Notes under the pieces: generated by a model
Databases searched by the model: none
The model's input: only the letters and a program-made list of their open reading frames with translations
What the model was told of the DNA's origin: nothing
NCBI GenBank assembly: GCA_051294375.1
Contig: JBJCIZ010001671.1
Location: 17,531-81,530, forward strand
Length of the DNA: 64,000 bases
From: Paraspadella gotoi
Lineage: Eukaryota > Animalia > Chaetognatha
Reading direction: 5' to 3'
Made by a program: the position numbers and the translations under genes
Shown here: piece by piece, positions 51,088-61,578 of the stretch
How positions within the stretch are numbered: position 1 is the stretch's first letter
Layout of the letters: each line of letters starts with the position of its first letter

Positions 51088-51990
51088 CTGTTTAGCCAAA
51101 TGGTTCTTTTCAAGACATTTCTTTTCATAACAATAGCTTTGTTTTCATTGGACAGNNNNNNNNNNNNNNNNNNNNNNNNNNNNNNNNNNNNNNNNNNNNN
51201 NNNNNNNNNNNNNNNNNNNNNNNNNNNNNNNNNNNNNNNNNNNNNNNNNNNNNNNNNNNNNNNNNNNNNNNNNNNNNNNNNNNNNNNNNNNNNNNNNNNN
51301 NNNNNNNNNNNNNNNNNNNNNNNNNNNNNNNNNNNNNNNNNNNNNNNNNNNNNNNNNNNNNNNNNNNNNNNNNNNNNNNNNNNNNNNNNNNNNNNNNNNN
51401 NNNNNNNNNNNNNNNNNNNNNNNNNNNNNNNNNNNNNNNNNNNNNNNNNNNNNNNNNNNNNNNNNNNNNNNNNNNNNNNNNNNNNNNNNNNNNNNNNNNN
51501 NNNNNNNNNNNNNNNNNNNNNNNNNNNNNNNNNNNNNNNNNNNNNNNNNNNNNNNNNNNNNNNNNNNNNNNNNNNNNNNNNNNNNNNNNNNNNNNNNNNN
51601 NNNNNNNNNNNNNNNNNNNNNNNNNNNNNNNNNNNNNNNNNNNNNNNNNNNNNNNNNNNNNNNNNNNNNNNNNNNNNNNNNNNNNNNNNNNNNNNNNNNN
51701 NNNNNNNNNNNNNNNNNNNNNNNNNNNNNNNNNNNNNNNNNNNNNNNNNNNNNNNNNNNNNNNNNNNNNNNNNNNNNNNNNNNNNNNNNNNNNNNNNNNN
51801 NNNNNNNNNNNNNNNNNNNNNNNNNNNNNNNNNNNNNNNNNNNNNNNNNNNNNNNNNNNNNNNNNNNNNNNNNNNNNNNNNNNNNNNNNNNNNNNNNNNN
51901 NNNNNNNNNNNNNNNNNNNNNNNNNNNNNNNNNNNNNNNNNNNNNNNNNNNNNNNNNNNNNNNNNNNNNNNNNNNNNNNNNNNNNNNNNN

Positions 51991-52357
51991 AACAAGATTA
52001 TGGAACCAGATGTGACTTTCTAAAAGGCGACTTTGCGGAAAAAGATGCAGATCATCAGTACCATCACGGGAGAAAGTTGAAGTTTGACGACTTCATCATC
52101 TTTCTCAAGAAAAGAATTCTTTTAGAAAAAGGAGCCTATGGAAAAAAGAAGATCACGGTCGACATCGCTGCCATCAACGCCAACGAATCACGCCGGAACC
52201 TGAACGGCGGGGGTGAAGCGACAAAGGTCAACCCTTTGAAGGTCAACCAAGGTTTTCATTCATCGAGTGTACGAATTGCTCAGAAAGTGAAAGTTGAACA
52301 TGCTTGTGTATGTTGTAATGAATGGCACATGTTGGAAGCTTGCAAAGCTTTTAAAAA
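51991..52357 (+). pseudogene. Inverted fragment of BEL gag within copy 1
   Basis: Translates KFDDFIIFLKKRILLEKG...CVCCNEWHMLEACKAFK, identical to part of 57857-59365 but on the opposite strand relative to its flanks. Confidence 0.9.
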
Positions 52358-54119
52358 CATTCTTTCATTTTCGGCAGAAGAGGATCGGACGGGACTCTGC
52401 GTGACTTCTCGTTTTTCTTTCAATCTTCTCATTTATTGTCTTCATTTCTCTTTCTTTTATTTCGTTCATGAGTTCCATTTCTTTTTCCATCTCTATTTAT
52501 CTTTTTTCTATTTCTTGTTTGTACTGCTCTTCTTTTCTTTTCTTCTTTTTTCCGCCTTGATAAGGGTCAATTCANNNNNNNNNNNNNNNNNNNNNNNNNN
52601 NNNNNNNNNNNNNNNNNNNNNNNNNNNNNNNNNNNNNNNNNNNNNNNNNNNNNNNNNNNNNNNNNNNNNNNNNNNNNNNNNNNNNNNNNNNNNNNNNNNN
52701 NNNNNNNNNNNNNNNNNNNNNNNNNNNNNNNNNNNNNNNNNNNNNNNNNNNNNNNCATTCGTCGCTTCATACGTTTGCTTCACCGCCGTTTCAGATGTCT
52801 CCGATGTCGAGTCGAAATCCTCACTTTCATTGTTTTCAGAATCATGAGTTTCCGTGCCGGGACTCTGGTCCTCTCCTCGCCCATGGCGACGCATAGCAAT
52901 GTTCACTATTTGGAGAGTTTGGTCGAGAAGATTGAGATCGTCGGGAGATCGGCAAGACTCTTGAGCAGCCTTGGTCTGTCTCCTCTTCAATTCGAGGAGG
53001 TCCAATAGTTCACCGGCGATAATGACCGATTCTGGGGTGGCGAGTTCCTGGTAGCGCTCGATGAGGCCACACGGTGCCTCAGACCTCCAGGAAAAAAAAA
53101 ATTTCAAANNNNNNNNNNNNNNNNNNNNNNNNNNNNNNNNNNNNNNNNNNNNNNNNNNNNNNNNNNNNNNNNNNNNNNNNNNNNNNNNNNNNNNNNNNNN
53201 NNNNNNNNAATATGATATAGAGAGAAGACGCATATAATATAAGATAGAGAGCAGGTGTAGAAGATGAGGAGATGAGTTTTAACTAAGCAGGGAAGAGCAA
53301 GCAGATTCGATATGTTTAGGTGCATAATACTCTAGGGCGTTTATCTTATGTTATTGTATGTATGAGGTGTAGTGGATTATAGTGGACAGAGTTTGAATTG
53401 ATCTACCAGAGATGTATAGTTAACGGAACACTCGATGTTGTATCGGCCTAAACGATGCAGAGAAAGAAAAGACCAAGTTGCGGGCCCCAGGAGGCCTATT
53501 TAGACATGTGTATAAGATTGCTACCCGATTTTAATATAGTCACATGTGTAGTAAACTTTTTTAAGGCACAAGGCTCTTAAATGTGAAGCTGTTCCAGTTG
53601 CAGCTATACAACTACAAACTTTAACAAGCTCTAGGAATTACTGAAGCTTCAGTATAAGAGGAAAAATTTTTTTTCTTTATATGCTCTTGAGACTTTGGTT
53701 CCTGTGGCCCACTTTTTCACCTCACCTGGGGCCATGCCCCTTTCCCGAACATATCTTCATAGTTACCTCCCATAAAAATCGCGCATAGCTACCTCCTATT
53801 AGTTCTTTCATTTTTTAACCAAAGTCCCGGATTTAACTCACTCATTATTTCCCGAATTCTTTTTGTTGTGGAAAAATGACCAAAAAAGTGATGCAAATTT
53901 CATGAAAATTTTTAATTTATATTTTCTCTTTATCTTTATTGGTCTTAAGGATTGTCGGAGTTTATTTATGTTAATCTCCTGTGCAGGACAGGCATTCATT
54001 AATAACTCGAGAACCGCCTGCCCGACCCGTGTGTTAGCGTCATTTTTTTCGGCGCCGGTCATAATCGAGAACCGCCGGTTGAATTTTCCCGACTTTTGGC
54101 GTGAGAGCCCGATCGACTG

Positions 54120-55075
54120 CCCGTGGTGCCTACCAAATTTCGTACGAATTCGTCGACGTACGCGCGAAATGACGGGCGGACGAGTAAATCCGCTATTTTT
54201 CGTGCGGTCACGTGACCAAATACTAAAAATAGCTATAACTCGTAAACTACTCTTTGGATAGAACGAAATTTGATTTCCTATTACGACTCGGTTATGTCTG
54301 GGTGTTCACAAAGTTTCGTCAAAATAAATGAACGTACGTACGTATACTGGCCGGACAAGTAATTTTCACCTTAATATTTATAGTAAAATTCTGTTATTTC
54401 TAAAAATGGCTATAAATCGTAAACTAATGGGTCGATTGGGATAATATTAGAGATCCTGCTACGACTCGATGGTCGCTACCACCATACCCGTTTCGTACGA
54501 ATTCGTCGACGTACGCGCGAATGACGGGCGGACGAGTAAATCCGCTATTTCGTGCGGTCACGTGACCAAAATACTAAAAATAGCTATAACTCGTAAACTA
54601 CTCTTTGGATTAGAACGAAATTTGATTTCCTATTACGACTCGGTTATGTCTGGGTGTTCACAAAGTTTCGTCAAATAAATGAACGTACGTACGTATACTG
54701 GCCGGACAAGTAATTTTCACCTTAATATTTATAGTAAAATTCTGTTATTTCTAAAAATGGCTATAAATCGTAAACTAGTGGGTCGATTGGGATAATATTA
54801 GAGATCCTGCTACGTCTCGATGGTCGCTACCACCATACCCGGTTTCGTACGAATTCGTCTACGTACGCGTGAATGATGGGCGGACGTGTAAATCCGCTAT
54901 TTTCGCCCAAAATATTGACCAAAATACTTAAAATAACTATAACTAGTAAAACTACTCTTTGGATTAGAACGAAATTTGGTTTTGTACTACGACTCGGTTA
55001 TATGTAGGTGCTTACAAAGTTTCGTCAAAATTCTTACACGCACGTACGTATACTGGGCGGACAAGTAATTTCTCT
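54120..55075 (+). repeat. Tandem satellite, ~177-bp monomers arranged as ~352-bp dimers
   Basis: gtacgaattcgtc at ~54142, 54496 and 54847; aaaat.gctataa.tcgtaaacta at ~54226, 54403, 54576, 54754 and 54930. Confidence 0.85.
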
Positions 55076-55123
55076 TAATAAATTGATAAATGGATTTTTG
55101 ATCAAATTTGAATTAATTAAGCA

Positions 55124-55243
55124 ATGAATGAATGAATGAATGAATGAATGAATGAATGAATGAATGAAAGTATGAACGAGGTACGAACGAATGAATGAAT
55201 GAATGAAAAAAGAATAACAACAACTACTTTATTACTATTGTTA

Positions 55244-55295
<52 letters not shown>
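55124..55295. repeat. (GAAT)n and (ATT)n microsatellites
   Basis: Directly visible. Confidence 0.9.
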
Positions 55296-55297
<2 letters not shown>

Positions 55298-55313
55298 TAA
55301 GTAATACTATATT

Positions 55314-55840
55314 TGTAGAGAGACTTGGCTCTCCCGCGTCGCAGGGTAGGAATGGCTCGTCGTGAGGGAGGCTCAACTGCATCTGACAAGACTCCCGAAC
55401 GTCGTATATAACTGGAGATCTCTCAAAAGCAAACAAATAATAAAAAGTCGAATTCTAAAGAATGTAAATAAAATGTAATAAAATTAAATCAGACGAAAAT
55501 CCAGCGTAAATCAAACAAAAATTCCAGCAAAATCATACAAAAAAATCTCCGAAGAAAATAACGGCGTCCGTGGAAAAGTCGTAAGAAAATAGTTGATGTT
55601 CCAGAGAAAATCGTAAGGAATCGTGATCAAAGTTGGTCTGTCTCTAAAAATGTGATCTAGTGAATCTGAATTTGTCTTGTTTGAGTCTGTCCAAGTAAAG
55701 TTTGGAGAGAGAGAGAGAGAGAAAGAGAGAGGGAGAGAAAGAGTGGAGAAAGAGTCAGGTCCAGTCCCTGTCGGTCGATCGGTCAATCGGTCGAATGGGT
55801 CGGATCTGGCCGTCTCCGTCGTCTCGGCCTTTTCTCTTCA
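55314..55840 (-). repeat. 3' LTR of gag-only BEL element
   Basis: TG...CA with short terminal inverted repeat (TGTAGAGA / TCTCTTCA) and an adjacent PPT. Homologous to 42250-42437 and, inverted, to 61301-61578. Confidence 0.8.
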
Positions 55841-57856
55841 CCCCCGCCTCGGCTCTAGGGCTCCTAAGACCTAAGCAAGACCGTCTAAATGGCCGCGCAG
55901 GACCGACGGTATCATACGAATCTAACCTATCAACCCCCTATTCTTCTTCATGTCTTCTTGTTTCGGAGATGGAGTTTCCGATGATCTTCATCTTGTTTCT
56001 TCGTTCGATGACATCTTGGTTCCTGAAGAGCTGTTTGAGGGGTTGAGGAGAAATATTCATACACTCATTCATTCGTTCATCGATTCATTCCTTCATTTGT
56101 TCGTTCGTTCATTCATTCATTCGTTCATTTGTTCATTCATTCGTTCATTCTGGTTATCTTGGATGGATAAGTTTCTTGTTCAATCCGAATCTTGAAATGT
56201 TAAGCGTTTTCCTGTCAGTTTGTTTTAATCTTATTTTAAGGTTTTCTAGTCTTATTTCTATTGTTTGTTTCTTCTGGTTGTTCTTGTTCGGTTTTTCTTG
56301 TTTTTCTATTTGTTTCTTGTTTCGTTTTTGTCTTATTGATTTTAAGAGTTTCTTTTTTGTTGTAATATCAAGTTTTTGTCTTTGGAGTTATTTTTATACA
56401 TACTGCTTTATGTAAATGACATTATGTTTCATTCAATCTATAATATATCATTCTTTCATCGATTTCTTTTTTGTTGACATTCATTACTCATACTGCTCCA
56501 GAATGGGCGCATCCTCTTCAAGGGTTTCCTCTCCTGGCTGCAGGACCGAGCATATTATCTTCATCTAAATTGTTCTAATTTCTGGATTTTTCTTCTTGTT
56601 CTTGGTCTTGTTGATGGTCTTGTTCTTGGTCCATTGTTCTTGTTCAGTTCATTTTCTTGTTCTATTTCTTTTGCTCGGTTCCTCGCCGCGGATGGTCACC
56701 GTTTCACACATACGTTCCACATTTTCCCGGATATCAAGACTTTGGAAGACGGGCTCTACTGGCGCTGGCTTCCAACTTTTGGATTTTATTGTTTTCTTTT
56801 ATTTAGTTTCGTATCTTCGTAATTTCTTTGATGTTGAGTCGTTCAAATAGGCGTTCCATATGATCTACTGTGCAGCGCGCAAGCCGTTCCATTTGTTCCT
56901 TGATCTTGATCCACCACGCCCACATTCAGGTGTGTCGAACTTTGATGGGAAGCCTTTTCGTCCGGTTAATAAAGATTGTGCCTCCCCTTGAGCTGGCACT
57001 GCCGCGCCCTTGGGTGGCCCACACTTTGCCGGCTCCTCTTTCCACGCTGCATGGCCGCGCGCGGAAGGGATGGCTTGCACATTTCATTCGTACATTCTTT
57101 GCACGCGAGAATTGGCTGGTTGCCGCCGACTTTCCCTTAACGCAAAGTTCGGGGTTGGTCGACGGTTTCCGGCGCCGAATTCTCTGGCTGGTTGCCGCGG
57201 CTTTCCCATTACCCTAAGGTCAGGTCGGCCGGCGGGTTCCGACGCCACACACCTTTGGCTGGTTGCCACCGGCTTTCCCAGTACCCTGAGGTCGGGTTGG
57301 CCGGCGGTTTCCGACGCCGCACTCCTCTGGCTGGTTGCCGTCGGCTTTCCCATTACCCTTAGGTCAGGTTGTCCGACGGGTTCCGGCGCCAGAGCTCCGT
57401 CAGATGTTGATCGTTCGCAGTTGCTCGTTCACATGGAGAATAAAAGAGACAAAGATTAGTAGTTATATGTTAGACAATTTTTTTTTGTATCTGTTTTTTC
57501 TAATGATTATAATTGTTTTTAATATTTAACGAATACGGATTTAAAATATATCTTGTGTAAGAGTTTAGTCGTTAACTAAATTCTTAAGTTTTATTTGTTA
57601 ATTTAAATTCTGATAAATATGCTAGTTTTATAATTTTAAATATTCTTTGCTCTTTTTTATCGGGGTTTCTCGTTCTTTCATGTTTCTTATTCATTTTTAT
57701 TTTAATATAATATAATATTTATTATTAGCAGTTTTAATCATTATTTTTACATGACCATGTATTTTTCATTAGCTTAAATAGTAAATTAGTGACGTCGGAA
57801 CGAAACAAAATGCTAATCAAACTTCATTAGGTCAGGGCTACAAAACAATTTATCAT

Positions 57857-59365
57857 TCAGACATTCATAGTGGGTTTCATCTCATAACATATCAGTATAT
57901 GGCGACTCACCGGATCAGCCGTGCAGCAGTGAGAGATGTCCATGTTGTGAGGCTGTGAAAGATTCCGTGTAGGAGAAGTCGCCACCACTTTCGCGTATGT
58001 CACGGGGTCCTGTCTCGGGGCAAATGCTGTAACATTATGCACAATAGAGTGGTGTGGCCCACCACATACAATACAGGCATTTTTAGGCAAGTTACACTGT
58101 TTAGCCAAATGGTTCTTTTCAAGACATCTATAACATAAACCATTTCTTTTCATAACAATAGCTTTGTTTTCATTGGACAGTTTTTTAAAAGCTTTGCAAG
58201 CTTCCAACATGTGCCATTCATTACAACATACACAAGCATGTTCAACTTTCACTTTCTGAGCAATTCGTACACTAGATGAATGAAAACCTTGGTTGACCTT
58301 CAAAGGGTTGACCTTTGTCGCTTCACCCCCGCCGTTCAGGTTCCGGCGTGATTCGTTGGCGTTGATGGCAGCGATGTCGACCGTGATCTTCTTTTTTCCA
58401 TAGGCTCCTTTTTCTAAAAGAATTCTTTTCTTGAGAAAGATGATGAAGTCGTCAAACTTCAACTTTCTCCCGTGATGGTACTGATGATCTGCATCTTTTT
58501 CCGCAAAGTCGCCTTTTAGAAAGTCACATCTGGTTTCCATAATCTTGTTGATAACAGTGTCTTCATCCATTTCACTCCCTTTTTCATATTTATCAGCCAA
58601 AACTTTGACATTCTCCAATTCAGTGGTTAACCTGTCCAATTCTGTTCTGTTTCCTGGCATTATCTTAGGTTTGGCCAAGATATCCCTGAGAAAATCATGG
58701 ACGTTGGCATCTTTCTTCCCAAATTCTTTTCTTAGGGTCTCCAAAGCTTCTTTAATTGCCTCAGAGTGGTCATTTTCTTTCATTATGAATTTGGTTAGTT
58801 TCATATGAGCCAGTCCTGTAAACCAATGGTTGAGCTCTTGTAGTTTGACCTCGTCAGTAGCTTCAGCCTGTTTCATGGTTGCTTCATATGCTCGCATATG
58901 CAGTTCAAACACAACATTCTTGTCTTCTCCAGAAAAAGGTTTCTTTGGCCTTCCCTGTTCGACATTCCTCAGCATGGAATCCTTTTTCAATTGGTTCATC
59001 CAAATTGCCATAATTGAATCGTTAAGGTTGGTTGCTGTGGCAGTTGGTGCTGGGGTCATAACCGGAGTTTGAGCCAAACAATCTGAGTCGGCTTCAAAAA
59101 AGCGGGTCGTTGTACCTCCAAAACTCACTCGTCGATTTTTTTCATTTTCCAATTTTTGGGTGAGATTATGGACCAAGTCCTCCAGCTGATGGATCCTCCT
59201 TTCTTGTTTCTTTAGATTCACTTCATGGTTGACACAGCAATCGCTGAGCTTAGTCATAGTTTCAGCTTTCCCAGTTCTTGTTTCATTAAAGATTCTTTCC
59301 ATGCATTCGAGGCGTCCTTGAAGCATTTGGAAGGCTTTGCACATTTCATTCAAGTCATTTCGCAT
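57857..59365 (-). CDS. gag: BEL/Pao Gag (502-aa open frame; N-terminal extension to ~60010 is frameshifted)
   Basis: BEL capsid-like PFSGE...KLQELNHWFTGLA...ALETLRKEFG, plus the three BEL-type Cys/His knuckles CVCCNEWHMLEAC, CYRCLEKNHLAKQC and CIVCGGPHHSIVH. Confidence 0.9.
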   Translation of the reverse strand: MRNDLNEMCKAFQMLQGRLECMERIFNETRTGKAETMTKLSDCCVNHEVNLKKQERRIHQLEDLVHNLTQKLENEKNRRVSFGGTTTRFFEADSDCLAQTPVMTPAPTATATNLNDSIMAIWMNQLKKDSMLRNVEQGRPKKPFSGEDKNVVFELHMRAYEATMKQAEATDEVKLQELNHWFTGLAHMKLTKFIMKENDHSEAIKEALETLRKEFGKKDANVHDFLRDILAKPKIMPGNRTELDRLTTELENVKVLADKYEKGSEMDEDTVINKIMETRCDFLKGDFAEKDADHQYHHGRKLKFDDFIIFLKKRILLEKGAYGKKKITVDIAAINANESRRNLNGGGEATKVNPLKVNQGFHSSSVRIAQKVKVEHACVCCNEWHMLEACKAFKKLSNENKAIVMKRNGLCYRCLEKNHLAKQCNLPKNACIVCGGPHHSIVHNVTAFAPRQDPVTYAKVVATSPTRNLSQPHNMDISHCCTADPVSRHILICYEMKPTMNV

Positions 59366-60395
59366 TCTTTCATTTTCGGCAGAAGAGGATTCGCGACGGC
59401 GACTTCTGCGTGACTTCTCGTTTTTCTTTCAATCTTCTCATTTATTGTCTTCATTTCTCTCTTTTATTTCGTTCATGAGTTCATTTCTTTTTCCATCTCT
59501 ATTTTCTTTTTTCTATTTCTTGTTTGTACTGCTCTTCTTCTTTTCTTCTTTTTCCGCCTTGATAAGGGTCAATTCATGTTGTTCTTTGTCAAATTTTCCT
59601 TTAACAAATCTTTTCATCATTGAAGTCGTGGTCCGAGCCAGAATCCTCTTGATCAACAGCATTGTGTCATGCTGCTACATCATCATTCGTCGCTTCATAC
59701 GTTTGCTTCACCGCCGTTTCAGAGTCTCCGATGTCGAGTCGAAATCCTCACTTTCACTCTGCCTTTTCAGAATCATGAGTTTCCCGCCGGGACTCTGGTC
59801 CTCTCCTCGCCATGGCGACGCATAGCAATGTTCACTATTTGGAGAGTTTGGTCGAGAAGATTGAGATCGTCGGGAGATCGGCAAGACTCTTGAGCAGCCT
59901 TGGTCTGTCTCTCTTCAATTCGAGGAGGTCCATAGTTCACCGGCGATAATGACCGATTCGGGGTGGCGAGTTCCTGGTAGCGCTCGATGAGCCACACGGT
60001 GCCTCAGACCTCCAGGAAAAAAAAAATTTCAAAATCGAGTGAAAAAAGTCATGTCATCGATTTTGATTTTGATAGGTTAACTGATAAGTAGATGGTTCTT
60101 GCGGGCTTTTGATCAGAAAAGATCGCTAAAACTCGTAACCTTTCTTTTCTTTTTACTTTTCTTTTACTCTCTAAAATAAATTATTTTTTTATTTTGGCCA
60201 ACTGCCATTTTCTCTATACTTATGGTTAATTGCATAAAATGATACGGCGTTCGAAAGCTGATTGTCTCCCCTTGGATATATGCATAAGGACAAATGTTAT
60301 TTTTTCATACGTATAAAGTAATATAATTTTTTCTTAACATACTTCATGTATTTTACATTAAAAAAATTTACAAAAACATTTTTTTTACTTCATAT

Positions 60396-61160
60396 TACTC
60401 GTTTAACCAGGTTTATCACTGCTGGTAATATCTATAGGTTTTATTAGATAAAGGAAGGTTTACTTAGTCTGGGTTTGATGCGATTCATTGCGATTTTTAA
60501 AATTAAGAGAGAATTTGATTTTTCAAATAAGGTATTCAACCACAGACATTCGCGCAAAATATATAAGAAATTAACTAAGTTTCAAGAATTTAAAATTTTT
60601 CTTGCAGTTACTCGTTTAAACAGGTTTATTATATTAAAAAATGATAATAGTTTTATTAGTTAGTAATCGGTTTTGGCTATTATGGTCTGTTGCGGTTTTT
60701 TGGCGTTTTGAGTTTTAAGAAAGAAATATACCTTACCAGTTGACAAGTCAATCATCGAAAATAACAAAGAAAGAACTAGGTTTTCAAAATTTTCTTTTCT
60801 GACTTTCTTGTATTCGTTTAACCAGGTTTATCTGAACTAAATATCATTCTCAGGTTGAACAGGTAGCATAAGGTTCTAGTAATACCTGGTTAATGCGGAT
60901 TTTAGCGATTTTGTATTTTAAGAGAGAAACAAGCTTTACCAATGAACTTCTCAATTCCGAAAAATAACAAAGAAAGAACTAGGATTTTAAATTTCTNNNN
61001 NNNNNNATTTTGACGAATTCGTTTACAAAGGTTTTTGTTAAAAAAGAGATATATTCATGTTTAAAAGCTGACCTGAGATTACAGTGATATAGGGTTAAAG
61101 CGGATTTTCGTTATTTTCAGTTTTAATGGAGAAAGAAGCTCCACCAGTAAACCCATCAGA
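60396..61160 (+). repeat. Degenerate ~205-bp tandem repeat, 4 units
   Basis: tcgtttaac/aacaggttt at ~60399, 60612, 60814 and 61019, each followed by gcg(g)attt...ttaagagagaa. Two units share gaaaataacaaagaaagaactagg. Confidence 0.65.
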
Positions 61161-61300
61161 CCTCCTAGATTATCAAGTNNNNNNNNNNTTGTTTTTATTT
61201 TCACTGTTTGGGGATATTTGTTATCTTGTTATTTTAATCAATAAATCAATATATAAATCTTATATTCATTAGAGAGAGAGAGAGAGNNNNNNNNNNTGAT

Positions 61301-61578
61301 TGAAGAGAAAGGCACGAGACCGACGAAGACGACGACAGAGACGACGACAAAGACGACGACAAAGATGACGACAACCGAGGTCGATGGACTGACCGATTGA
61401 CCGTACGACTCGTTTGCCCTCTCTCTCTTTTACCGGTTTCTCCCCCCTTTCTCTCTCATTTCTACGATTCGACCTATTTATTATATACGACATTCGGGAG
61501 TCCTGTCAGATGCAGNNNNNNNNNNCTCACGACGAGCCATTCCGACCCTGCAACGCGGGAGACCCAAGTCTCTCTTCA
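61301..61578 (+). repeat. Shorter LTR of the gag-only BEL family in opposite orientation (spans a 10-N gap)
   Basis: TGAAGAGAAA...TCTCTTCA. 61480-61578 is the reverse complement of 55314-55411, and 61301-61400 resembles the reverse complement of 55770-55840. Confidence 0.75.

Larger units (their letters stand above)
42250..53109 (-). mobile_element. Gag-only BEL/Pao element, copy 1 (interrupted by MITE, env-bearing LTR element, inversion and gaps)
   Basis: Collinear with 55657-60030 once the insertions are removed. PPT (minus strand GGCGGGGG) at 42438-42445 precedes the LTR start TGAAGAG at 42437. The LTR is truncated at ~42250. Confidence 0.85.
55314..60030 (-). mobile_element. Gag-only BEL/Pao element, copy 2 (5' end unresolved)
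   Basis: 3' LTR at 55314-55840 (minus strand TGAAGAG...CTCTACA), PPT at 55841-55848, 72-bp repeat block, then gag. No pol motifs between the gag stop and the LTR. Confidence 0.85.

Noticed and set aside
51015-53325. Long ORFs of 241-326 aa in the ORF track
   Set aside because: They are mostly X residues from N gaps; only the gag fragments are real.
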